64,000 bases of DNA from Phoronis australis (lineage: Eukaryota > Animalia > Phoronida). Shown one piece after another: positions 1-12,300 of this stretch. Under the pieces are notes generated by a model, which did not search any database, was not told the origin of the DNA, and was given only the letters and a program-made list of their open reading frames with translations. Both the position numbers and the translations under genes were made by a program. The stretch spans positions 853,169 to 917,168 of the forward strand of contig NMRA01000009.1 of assembly GCA_002633005.1 (NCBI GenBank), written 5' to 3'. Position 1 is the first letter of the stretch. Every line of letters begins with the position of its first letter.

Positions 1-677
1 TGTAAAACCATCAATAAAACCAAAAAATTCAGTCGATTAAGTTTTTAACTGAGTCTACGATATTCATCTTGATATCACAGGATTCCTTGGGTGTGAAAAT
101 ATGGACCTGCGAACCTTTGAACTTGTGGACCTTCTGGTTTATTGCGTACAAACGACACCTTACCTTTAGTCAAACTTGTGAAACTTGGGACCTATCGAGC
201 GGTAACTAATTGACATGGATGAGAGTGCAAGTACTTCTTTAAAAGGGTTTATTAACCATTTCAGTCTTCTTCACCGCTGTTCAATGAACCTGGAAACCAA
301 CATTTTATGACGTGTGACACCAACCTGTGACATTGCTTCTTACGAAAAGAAGCCTACAACACCCACATTTTCTTAATTAAATTCGTCTTGTGTTATATTG
401 CAACAAAGTATGCTTCAGTTACCTAATGGATGTGCCCTGCCACTCAGGAGTGCGCTTGTGGTTATGGTGAAAATGCACTCTTTATGGTCCAAAATGTCTG
501 AAAACACACATTAAGCACGTAATCTGCCGACTTGGTTTACATATTATAGATGGATAAATAAAGCTTCATTTAAAGCTGCCTTTCGCCCTCCTGAACACTG
601 CAAAATGCAGCTCCAGCTCTGACTAAAGCTCCAAGCTTTGACCAAACCAGCCGTAGTGTAATACATTTGCTACATTA

Positions 678-1985
678 AGGCGAAGGCAACCTTTTTTCAT
701 GCCACTTTTAGCTAAAATAAGGTCTGTTGATTATCCCACACATATTTTCACTTAATTACAGCTTTTCGTAATTTATTTAATTTCTCGTCCTCTACTCCGG
801 AACTGACGTTTTGGGGGGCAAGAATTCCGCGCCAATTTTTTTTCATACAGTTAGACTGTGAGAGCTGTCAAGTCAGTCATTGTCCTACCTCGGATGTGAT
901 AAGTTCGGTCGACGTTTGCTTTTGTTTACGAGTCAGTCAACATGTCACGCTGTTGCTGCGTACCAGGATGTACTCATTGTCATCTCACACGCGCTTTGAG
1001 TACCTTGCATCGCTTTCCAAAGGATGACACACTTCGCCGTACTTGGCTAGCTCGTTCGTGTGAAGAACGCAACGCTACCAACTCACGCAACGTACAAAGC
1101 AGTGGCAAGCATTTTCAGCCGTCAGATTGCGACAGAGATATGTACGCTGACATGATGAAGGTCCCTGCGAAACAACGCCTGAAGAAGGGTTCCATACTGT
1201 CGCTGCTGATTCCCGGCAGTGCCCCGTCGCCACCCCCGAGAAGGGCGTTTTTGAAGCGAGAAGCCTCGCGAGCTGTGGCCACTATAAACAGTGACTGGAG
1301 GCACTTCATCTACTGTCACCCATGCCTTCGAACGTACCCCATAGCGTGCAATTCCAGGAACTAGCAGTGATTTCCCGTGTGCTGTTGTCTCTAGCCCAGA
1401 GCCTGTAGGCAGCCCTGCAGCGATGTTGAGTAGAGGGAGTGAATACAGGCCCAGTTTGACACCCAGTGAAAAGTGTAGTTCGTCATCCAATGAACAGATC
1501 GCTCAGCCTAAGTTTATTGTGGACTTGTATTGGAGCTAGTTAGAAGGTGCCACCTGTGTGACGAGGGAGTCGCACGGCGGGACTTTGTAAGCAGTTTGGG
1601 TGCTCAATTCACCATCCACTGGGAGTGTGTCGCGGTACACTCGGGCAAGTGAGACAGTTCTTCCTCTGTACGTGAGACGATAATGAGTACATCTCCGTAG
1701 GCAGCAACAGCGTGGCATGTTGACTGACTCGTAAAGAAAAGCAAACGACGACCGAACTTATCACCACCGAGGTAGAACAATGACGGACTCGCTTGCTCTC
1801 ACAGTCAGACTGTATGAATAGAAATTGGCGCGAAATTCTTGCCTCCCAAAACGTCACTTCCGGAGTAGACGACGAGTAATTAATTAAATTACGAAAAGCT
1901 GTAAATAAGTGAAAAATATGTCTGGGATAATCAACGAATCCTATTTTTGCTAAAAATGACATGAAAAAAGGTTGCCTTCGCCTTT
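678..1985. mobile_element. Kolobok-like non-autonomous DNA transposon with ~310-bp inverted arms (two left ends)
   Basis: TTAA-GGCGAAGGCAACCTTTTTT at the left end and AAAAAAGGTTGCCTTCGCCT-TTAA at the right end. Arms 678-~990 and ~1670-1985 are diverged reverse complements. An internal THAP domain plus a TTAA target site is typical of Kolobok. Confidence 0.8.
942..1665 (+). pseudogene. Degenerate THAP zinc-finger / Kolobok transposase N-terminus
   Basis: ORF 942-1364 reads MSRCCCVPGC...LHRFPKD...RRTW...SSGKHF...LKKGSI. This is the THAP C2CH pattern with the third Cys apparently mutated (AGT instead of TGT). Broken frames downstream give PKFIV and GAQFTIHWEC..HSGK*DSS. Confidence 0.7.
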
Positions 1986-4734
1986 AACAGTTGCAACACT
2001 AGTCATGGTCGGTAGTCCAGAACCGACAAAGATGGCATTATACGGCAAAAATCGATCTGGTCGACCAGACCAGGTGAGTATCGGAGAAGCCGGACTTCCT
2101 TCCCACCAATCACTTTTGAATTGCTGCAGTAAACATATACTTTTTTAACCGTGCGTTTCCCCTTCTTGTATCCATAGTTCCTGTGTACCAACCATTGTAA
2201 AATACATTTACTTTACGTTTCTAAATAATCTTGCATTGTATTTTGTTTCACTGTACATGTACATTTTCTGTTGTTATTAGCTTTGTTGTTCTTCCTAATT
2301 TTAATTTACTGTTACTCGGTAGTCAGCTATAAGCAGCCCGTGTCTTTGCTGGCCACCCAGTCACATAACAATGTATGTTTTTATTTGAAATAAAGTTTGT
2401 TTCTCTCTCTCCCCGATGTTTGTCCATTGCCAGGCCTTCTCCAGCTAGGCACACGCAACTAGTCGTTATACTGTTGTTAAAGCTGTCCTACATCTCCAAT
2501 CATATGCTGTCCGCTGAACAAATATCACGACATGATATTATGGAGTGTTATTTATAAATAACACTCCATGACGCCATATTTTAGTCACGTGATCTTCTTA
2601 TCGCAATATTCTGCTCCTTATTTTGTCACACCACTAGGCACAGCAGTGTACCTAACGTCAAGCTTTGAGCGTTCCCAATCAAGGTGAGCTAAATGCCCGA
2701 TTACAGTGTCAGATCAATAATTAGTGAATCGCATACGAAGACTAAGCGAGCTGTGCACATTTTTGTTTAGTTGAGCTGTGAAGTCCAATGAGGTCGGTAA
2801 GTTGTTAGATCGAGTATGCAGAACGTTCAAGGGGGTGTGTTCACGATCACGCGCGTGAACGAATGGTGGTGTTTCTAGCTCATAATGCACCAGTAGCTTT
2901 GACATCTTGTATTTTCGATGTCGTGTTCAACGTTACTCCATTCCTTATTTCGTCATCAGAGGTGAGTTAAGCTTATAGTCACGGTCATGCCGTGTGTCCG
3001 TGAGAGATATTTGTGAATGAACAGCAAGAACATGTGCTCGAAGAGTTTTTCTTGTTGGTACGAGCCCAAACCTTTCCAAAAACAATTGTCATTTTCGTTT
3101 AAAAATTATACGCGCTAATCAATTGGCGTTAGACTCAAAGCGTCGCCGTTGTACCTAGCTACAGTATTTGCAAGTGACGGTGGACACAAATGTATGGTAA
3201 CATGGCTACTACCAAATTAACTATCGTAAGGTTTACACGGCTTGTAAGCTTACGATGTTAATGAAATGATTCCTGTTATTTCAATAAAAGATTTGTTCTC
3301 ATTATAAACTAACTCAACGACTGATCCGTAGCCGCGTGAATTTCACACAATGGGTCAAAATGTTCAAATGTTCGTGCCTCAAATCTGCTCGTGAAATATT
3401 ACGATCGCCTGTGCCTTGAGAATAATAAATAAAGAAGCCTGAGGCTGACTCATTGTTTAGATGGATGCATTTTCGCTGATCGTAAGTGTGTCACATTGCC
3501 GTGTTGTAAGCAGCAAACATTACTTTGCCACATCCTTGCTTGTTGCTTACAATTATACACGTTGGACGAGAATAATCAAACAAAAGGCATATTGATAAGC
3601 ACTGTGCAAATAGAAAAATACAGGAGGGAAAATATATTAATTGCAAGGTGTGCCTTTTCACAGATGTCGACTCATGGTGAACCCATGCCTGCACCTATTT
3701 ACTTATTTTCTTTTCTCGCCGCAAATAAAAAAGGCAAATACCATAGCACTTGGGATAGCCAAAGTTTAGTCGAGACCATGATCGTGCAATTCTACACGTT
3801 TGTTTCAGACTTCAGTTTTTATCTAATAAAGTCTGACTCATGTACCTTACGTTTAAATATTAATCTATTTGATCATTGATAAGCACCGTCTAGGTCATAT
3901 TCACGTGGATCATTAGAATCGTCTTCTTTAAGCTCGTGTGGATTATAGAGTGCAGTGCCAAAGCAGAAACGTTTCGCCCTTTCAATTCGGAAAACAATTA
4001 GCCTAAATTTAAAAAGTTTTTCGTCGTTCGAAGACAGGCTTATCGATTATACATTCTTGTGCATGCAACATTTGGTAGAAGCATATGATGGACACGTCCT
4101 GCTTCAAAGTTATTCTGTGGGAAAGGGGCTGCGGTACAGTTCTCGGTGAATATTGACTGGGAAATTATACGTCACAGACTCCACCACCTTCTGCCATTGT
4201 GTGGAGAACTTTATGGAAAGTAGAATGAACGATTGTGCACTATTTCATCTCAAAAACACTACTTAAACCAAAGTAACCTGGTCGTGCTCGGATGGGACGC
4301 CCCCTCGCCCCNCCCCCCCCCCTGCTAAATCCGTCCGTTGTCCTTAAAGCCACTGAAAAAACGTCTCAGTGGTCCTGGCCTGCGCTCGACTCATTGTTGA
4401 AACTTAGAAAAAAGAGAAAGCGTTTGCCATCATTATTTTTCCAAAATATAAGTTTTGTTTTTTCAAAAGCTTCACAGATACTAGGCAACACGTAGTCCCT
4501 CGGTTGGCCGGTTAGGGGCTACAATACTTCCCATCGCTTTCAGCACTAATTTCGTCCCGTGTATTTTGAACGGGCGGTAGGCCAAATCCGATCACCGATT
4601 GAGAGTTTTCACCTCGTCAAAAATTCATTCTACACTTAAAACTATGACTTAAAAAGCGCTTACTTTCTTCGGTGGTCCTTTCTACTTCTACACATATCTT
4701 CGACGAAGTATAGCTACGACAATTAAGGTACCCA

Positions 4735-4935
4735 GGAGGTTTCGGGGGGCAAAAAGGTCCGCCCTAGAGAAACAAAAAGTCCGAGAAAACGACACAACAG
4801 TCCACTAAAAAGGCGCAGACGCACAGTGAAGATGGTCCCCGTTTTTTTTTCTTAGTCCTCCCGCTTTTTTGTAGCAAAAGGTCCACATCGCCAGAAATTC
4901 GAGCCCTCCCATATTAAAGGCTGGGTGCGCGCGTG
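4735..4935 (+). mobile_element. Dispersed MITE family (hAT-like), copy 1
   Basis: AAAAAGGTCCG..GAGAAACAAAAAGTCCG..AGTCCACTAAAAAGGCGCAGACGCACAG..CTGGGTGCGCGCGTG. Recurs at ~37445-37637 and, as a left part starting CATGCGCGCACCTGG, at ~45032-45125. Confidence 0.55.
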
Positions 4936-5565
4936 GTATTTTGAAATGTGTAACTTTTTGTGGGGATGTTCTATCGCCCCTGCCTGCGGCATCCAGGATG
5001 ATGTAATTGCCTATACAGATACATTCAACATATCTTTTCAATGTAGTGTCTTATCAACTTAAGTATAATCAGTGCCTTATTTGGATATGAATCAGTAGTG
5101 GAGGAAGCATTTCTGGAATAGGAGGCGAAGACTATGAGCTCCGCTAGCCGGGGGTCATCGAGTGCACATATTTACGTAGCTATAGTATAGGCCTACTCGA
5201 GAATATAAAAACGCGACATCAGTGCATTAATTTTCATAGCAACCAAAGGCTAGAACCAAATAAAGTTTTTCCTTTTTGAATTAATTTATGGAAACCAGAG
5301 CCCAGGTCTCACCTTTGAACTCACACTCAACTGATCCTCCGACTTAGTCTGAACTTACTTAATCATCCAATTTGCATTATTACTATTTTTGAAGCGTGTC
5401 ATAAAAGTGGTCAATTTAGTAGCATTGTTAGTATGGAGACACATGTTATCGATAGAAATGTACTCACTTTAAACATAATATGATAATGTACTCACTTTTA
5501 ACATAATATGATAATGGACAAATAAACAAATTGCTATCAGGGCTTCGGAAGACTTGACAGATTGC

Positions 5566-5858
5566 CACGGTGAGTATGGCCTTGAATAAAGAGAATGTTC
5601 ACAGCTCAATTCGGTATCCAGATATTGTTTGAGACGAAGTTCTACGGTTTTTGTGTCACGGTGAGTATGGTCTTGAATAAAGAGAATGTTCACAGCTCAA
5701 TTCGGTATCCAGATATTGTTTGAGACGAAGTTCTACGGTTTTTGTGTCACGGTGAGTATGGCCTTGAATAAAGAGAGTGTTCACAGCTCAATTCAGTTTC
5801 CATATATTGTTCGAGGCGAGGTTCTACTGTTTTTGTGTCACAGTGAGTTTGGCCTTGA
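5566..5858. repeat. 91-bp tandem repeat, ~3.2 copies
   Basis: Unit CAC(G/A)GTGAGT.. starts at 5566, 5657, 5748 and 5839. Confidence 0.9.
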
Positions 5859-5859
5859 A

Positions 5860-6025
5860 AGGCGAAGGCAACCTTTTTTCATGTCATTTTGAGCACAAAT
5901 AAGGTTCGTTGATTATCCCAGACACATTTTCCATTAAATTACAGCTTTTCGAAATTAAATTAATTACTCGTCTTCTACTCCGGAAGTGACGTTTTGGGAG
6001 GCAAGAATTTCGCTCCAATTTGGTT
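5860..6025 (+). mobile_element. Truncated terminal fragment of the same Kolobok-like family as 678-1985
   Basis: AGGCGAAGGCAACCTTTTTTCATG...CGGAAGTGACGTTTTGGGAGGCAAGAATTTCGC matches the arms of 678-1985. Confidence 0.85.
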
Positions 6026-6312
6026 CTGTGTTGAGTTTACTGTGAGGATCTGTACTACTTTTGTCGTCGTGCTGTTTTTTTTTAAATTGTCGTCACCACT
6101 TCCCATCGAGGAGTATTTCCCATCGAGGAGTATTTTACGACAAGCTAGGTTGTTAGAGAACTCAATTACGTTGGATTTAGGGGTTGTTTAGTTTGTGTTA
6201 AAGGGGCAAACCCCCCTCCCGACCTCCCCCCATTCGGTGCTATGCGCATCTACAGTCGTGCTTTGCGCAAATGTTTACAGACAAAACTTGATATTTCCAG
6301 AACTGATCAGCG

Positions 6313-9300
6313 ATGTCCGAGTACGAATTGACCTACTTCGATGCCCGCGGTGGTGCCGAGATCATTCGATATGTATTTGCATTAGCTGGGCAAGAATACA
6401 AAGACATTCGTTTGACTAGGGAGGAATGGGAGGCAAAGAAACCATGTGAGTCTACTTGGATAATTTTGAATGTTATGCAAATACACATGTGATACCTATT
6501 AAAAGCTATGGTCGTTAAGTCTGTGCAGCAAAACCGATAATGATAACACCCAGCAATTTCGTCACAATCATTTTATCAGCACCTGCAACCACTGGATACA
6601 ATATTTGCCATTTTCTGTACGACGTACGTGTACTTACATAGCGCACTACGTGATGTACACGATAACGTCATGCGGAAATGGACCTTCTTTGTATCGAACG
6701 AGCGTGCTTCCAAACAGGTTTAAAACCTGAAAATTATTGGAGAAATATGCTTCCATTATGTGGCCGCCTGTATCCAACAAACAATAGCTTGCTCCCACAT
6801 AACAGCTGGCATTTGTCTGTTTCGCGCATTGAACTACTGTTTGCACTTTATCATGTTTGGTCTATTTTCAGCGTCTCTGTTCGGTTGCCTCCCAGAACTG
6901 AAAATTGGCGACAAGCCATTATGCCAAAGAGGTGTCATTGCCAGCATGTTGGCAAGAAAGTTTGGTAATCATTTTATTCTCCCTTAAAGCGGCTATAAAT
7001 CAGCATTCCGTCAGAGACACCGTAACTTTTGATTTAAACCACCTACCGCTATGATGTCCGCTTGTTCCCAGCCGGCTACTCGTTGTTGCAGTAGTTCCTG
7101 AAGTATTATCTGGCCGGTTAGAGGCGATAATGAAGACACCAGGTTTAGAACAGTAGGTTTATATTTGAAGACTAAGTACCGAGAGAACTACTTCATTCAC
7201 AGCAATATATGACTACGCTACATAGTAATACGATACTACAACATCCCCCCTCTTTAGTAAATAAGGTTATATTACGGTTATAACGTGATGATCAATGGTG
7301 ATAACTTGATCTTGCAGCAAGTGCTAAGTAAGTAAGTATGATAACGCATAAGATATCTTAGTAAGCTAGTGTCCTAATATTTAAACAAAATCCTTGTATC
7401 GAGATGGTCTTGAAGTCTTTCGCTCAGATCTCCTGATGATGGACTCTGGTTCAGCTACTGCTGGTGTACTGCGAGAGTCCTCTGATGTGGCAGTAGATGC
7501 TGAGTGAGTAGGCGTGTCGTCGCTGAAATGAACACGTTTCGGCATCATGTCTCGCAAATGATGTCTATTGCGGCGAAGCCTAGTGCCATTTGGGGTTTCG
7601 ACGATATAACTGTCCGGATTCTCATCTTGATGTACGATGGTACCCGGGCGCCAAGTCTTGGTTTCTTTATCGAGGATTCTAACATGCTGACCACGAAACA
7701 AGTTTGGAAGCGATTGTTTAAAGCATCGTTTGTCATGATGGTCCTTCATGTTTGTAGCTCGTTCATCCAATCTTCTGCGATGTGCATCCTCACCAGGTTC
7801 AGAGCGGCTCGGTAGAGTCGTGACTACTGGTCGGCCAAATAGCAATTCTGCTGGTGATGGAAGTTTTGCGTCAATCGGAGTGGCTCTGAGCTGAAGCATT
7901 GCTAAGGCGATATCAGACTTTTGTCGTAAGCACTTCTTCACAACAGACTTAATGTGTCTTACATGGCGTTCGATGAAGCCATTGCTGCGGGAGTAGTGAG
8001 GTGAGCTGGTGACATGCTTGATGTCCCAAGAGGTGACAAATGCTTTGAAAGCTGGACCAGTGTATTGTGGTCCGTTGTCAGTCATAATTTCGTCTGGTTT
8101 GCCAAACAGAGAGCAGTAGTCTCTAATCTTTGTGGTTATAGCATGACTGGTCACTGACGTTTTCATTTCGTCAACTACAGGGTATTTCGAATATCTGTCA
8201 ACGGTCAGCAAGAAGTGTCTGCCATCAATCTCGAATAGGTCAGATGCGATTAACTGCCANNNNNNNNNNNNNNNNNNNNNNNNNNNNNNNNNNNNNNNNN
8301 NNNNNNNNNNNNNNNNNNNNNNNNNNNNNNNNNNNNNNNNNNNNNNNNNNNNNNNNNNNNNNNNNNNNNNNNNNNNNNNNNNNNNNNNNNNNNNNNNNNN
8401 NNNNNNNNNNNNNNNNNNNNNNNNNNNNNNNNNNNNNNNNNNNNNNNNNNNNNNNNNNNNNNNNNNNNNNNNNNNNNNNNNNNNNNNNNNNNNNNNNNNN
8501 NNNNNNNNNNNNNNNNNNNNNNNNNNNNNNNNNNNNNNNNNNNNNNNNNNNNNNNNNNNNNNNNNNNNNNNNNNNNNNNNNNNNNNNNNNNNNNNNNNNN
8601 NNNNNNNNNNNNNNNNNNNNNNNNNNNNNNNNNNNNNNNNNNNNNNNNNNNNNNNNNNNNNNNNNNNNNNNNNNNNNNNNNNNNNNNNNNNNNNNNNNNN
8701 NNNNNNNNNNNNNNNNNNNNNNNNNNNNNNNNNNNNNNNNNNNNNNNNNNNNNNNNNNNNNNNNNNNNNNNNNNNNNNNNNNNNNNNNNNNNNNNNNNNN
8801 NNNNNNNNNNNNNNNNNNNNNNNNNNNNNNNNNNNNNNNNNNNNNNNNNNNNNNNNNNNNNNNNNNNNNNNNNNNNNNNNNNNNNNNNNNNNNNNNNNNN
8901 NNNNNNNNNNNNNNNNNNNNNNNNNNNNNNNNNNNNNNNNNNNNNNNNNNNNNNNNNNNNNNNNNNNNNCGGAAATTAACTGATATCCTGAGCTGACTCT
9001 CAAAAAATTTCCAAAGTTCAACTGGTTTACTTTTGTCAGCGTCGGTTAACCCACTGGCATTCAGTCGCTTCAAACCTTCATCCCCGATACCACGGAGAAT
9101 TTTACGTGCCTGCTTACCTGCGTCCACTATTTCCTCGTCTTCTATGTATAGTGACATTTTTTGTTTAAATAACGCAAGGTTCTCACTGATATCGTCGCCG
9201 TCCCAGGCCATCTTCGGTATGGAGGCCGCCATATTTGTTTTGATCCGGGGTCAAATGTCACAGGCACAGAGGTCGCAGACGGTCACTTGCACTGATCTAA

Positions 9301-12300
9301 TTATAGGTCGTCTGGGAATGTGGGAGTGACAAATTTCAGGCACAGTCTGCGAGAGACAATGGCGATTAGGTGTCAGTCCGCGTGACAATGAATTCCGTGT
9401 TTCTCCTATCCTCGGACAGGAATAAAACGTTGGTAGTATAATGATCACTGAATACCGATTGTCCGTTCAGAACAGTTGTTTCTTGCACTTACGTCTGCTG
9501 GTTGACGGACAGGTACGATAGGGTTTGCAGACAAGGGCGCGTCACGGCTTCACGTTGTCCGGCTCCCGGTAGATGCACGAAAATTAGTTTCTGCACTTCT
9601 CCAAAGTCCATTTATTTGCACAACATCGGTCCTGGCAATCACAGGTATGATTGTGTTTTTACCGTTGCCACCATGAAGTATTATCTGGCCGGTTAGAGGC
9701 GATAATGAAGACACCAGGTTTAGAACAGTAGGTTTATATTTGAAGACTAAGTACCGAGAGAACTACTTCATTCACAGCAATATATGACTACGCTATATAG
9801 TAATACGATACTACAACAGTTCCCACTCACAGTCTCTTGTTCAGTAACAATGAAAGGACCACCAGTTTCTGCAGCTCTGATATTGTTAGGCAAGACTAAA
9901 AAATTCCGCCATCTTGTTTTCAATGCTTGCACTTCTCCATTGGAAATTATATTGGGCCAAACCTTTGTGGTTAATTCAGTCACGTGGTAGTGAGGGCATC
10001 CCCTCCTCGAACCTACCCAGAGCTGCCAAACAAGATACGGAAATCGTGAGTTCGCACAAAAATGATTCGGCGCTGAGAGATAATTTACGAGAAAGGGTAG
10101 CAGTATACTTTTGATGCCCGATATCAGATTACAAGGTAATGTCATACTTTGCTCGTCCTCGGACCAGGGAATGCTTTTCTTAGTCAGTAGTGAGGAAATG
10201 ACAGTTCTTTCTAACCTCGAGGGTAATTTGACTAAGGAATTGAGACCAATTTTATTACGACAAGTGGTCCAAATGGAAAGTTGTTTCTTGAAAGTTTTTT
10301 CATAAAATTTTGAGTGGACACATAAGAAGAACGACTACTTGCGTCTTGGTCACCGAGGCATGCTTGGCTGCCGACTCTTGCCGATTAGTAGTAGGTTCCA
10401 TCTAAATGCCGAGTGTGGTCGGGTGATTTCTTAACAAATCAGTTGTAGCGGTTCGTGTTTACACCGACCCCCGGCTGTGATTCCCGATCTGATAATCCAG
10501 CGACTGTGGACCGATGTGAATATTTTGTACTCAACGGATCGGCGCAGTGAGCTTTATGTGAAAGAGATAATAGCCAGCTCTCTCTAAGATTTAGAATAAC
10601 AGCACATGGATCCAAGTTTCATTGGAATTAAATAACGTCAAGAAGTCATTTCAAGATGGCGTAAACGATAAGAACTGTCTCACTGAAAGAAGCAGAGATC
10701 AGTGACTCGAAAAACGCCTAGCCACACGACGAGCAAAAAGCCATAATTACAGGAAACTTGCTACATTTTAATCGGAAAATGCTCACAGAGCCTTATAAGA
10801 AAGCAAGATTGGTCTCGCGTAGTTTTCGGATATTGTAAACTAACAAACTTGAATGAGTTCACGTGATAAACAACTGGTTGGTAGATAGATAGGTTCAAAA
10901 GATAAGTACGCTAATTTATATTTTACGGAAACGTAAAGTTCTAGTATTAGTTTTGTATTTTTATATACACGAATATCGCGTGAGCTCTCAGATTAGGGAA
11001 TTGTGTCTTGAAATGTTTTAGCTATGAGGTAATTTAATTAAATTGTCGAGTCAAAATTTTCAGGTCTGATGGGTAAGGATGAGAGAGACGCCGTGTATAT
11101 TGACATGCTGATGGGTTGTATGGGAGATATGGGCATGGCTATGTACGCGGCGTACATAGAGAAAGACGAAACAAGGAAGGTGAGTACGACGAATAAAAGT
11201 GGAAAACTCTTACCAGTTCCTGCTTTGTAATCCACACGTGTCACATTGATCAACAATTAAATGCAGTGGCATCATGTTGGTCATAGCGGATCCAGGATTT
11301 TGAGTTAGGGGGGCCAGGGCACAGGAATAACCAGAATTTCGGCAGATGCGCGCGCCCAGCCTAAAATGTGGAGATGCAGGGGTCTCGAATTTTTGGGTTT
11401 GCGGACCTGTTGACTAATAAAAAATAAAAAAGGAAAACGGGATTTTTCAGGGCTTATGAATTGAGCCCCCCTAGTTGTGCGCATGTGCTAGTCAGCAATT
11501 CGCACCCGAACTCCCAAATGGTATCTGGTAGAATTTTAGGGGGGCCATGGCCCCCTTGTCCCCCCCTAAATCCGCCACTGCCATCATGTAGATTTTTTCC
11601 AGACGTGATGAAGTGTTAAAGTTTTCAACGTTCAGTATGTCTATATTTCATGAATTAGCTTAATCGATTGTTCGATACGCCAGTTGAAACAATCCAGCAA
11701 TTGCCTATACAATTAAATTGTCTATTTGAATCAGCCTTTATACTGCAGTTTCCAGTTTCAGTCAATTGTAATTGTCTCCGACCACCACCAGGTAAGCGAT
11801 GAGCACTGTTTGGAGATACACTCAGTAGTTGTTGAAATTTAGCCTGCAAGTTGGAGGCTACTCGACCGCAAAAGCATTGGTATGTTTGCACTCACATTAC
11901 AGGCCGAGTTGAAGAAATCCTGCGGTGAGAAAATGGCATTGTGGCTACCAAAGTTACAGGGATTTTTAGCAGCGAACAATGATGGTCAAGGGTTTTTCGT
12001 GGGAGACAGTGTAAGTAATCACAGCTGGAAGAAACAGGTCTGAGCTAATTTTGTGTAGCACGGAATGAGATTTAACCGAACGATCAGCTGATTTCCTAAC
12101 AACGCCACATTGATTATACGCACGAAAAAAGTTGATGCAGCGGCTGGGAGTAAAGTTCCATCGGATAACGTTACAATCTCGAATCCAGATTGTTTTTAGT
12201 ACTTGAGTATGGTGTAGATCTCGAAAGCGATGGATGGGCCCCGAGGTTATGATCAATTGCCGTTCAATTTCTTTACGTAAATTCCATTTTCCTTGGTTTG

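Larger units (their letters stand above)
7099..9818 (-). mobile_element. Ty3/Gypsy LTR retrotransposon in the GST intron between coding exons 2 and 3
   Basis: 145-bp LTRs at 7099-7243 and 9674-9818 (TG...CA, one mismatch seen). 5-bp TSD GTTCC at 7094-7098 and 9819-9823. PBS TGGTGGCAACGGT (9661-9673, tRNA-Leu-like). PPT AAAGAGGGGGGA next to the 3' LTR. Interior interrupted by an N gap. Confidence 0.95.

Noticed and set aside
2030-2075. LYGKN-like snippet followed by GTGAGT, resembling a GST exon 3 start
   Set aside because: Too short, needs a frameshift, and has no partner exons; likely chance.
2900-2961. Candidate non-coding first exon of GST1 (AG|GTGAGT at 2961/2962)
   Set aside because: Plausible, but it cannot be distinguished from other donor-like sites without transcript data.
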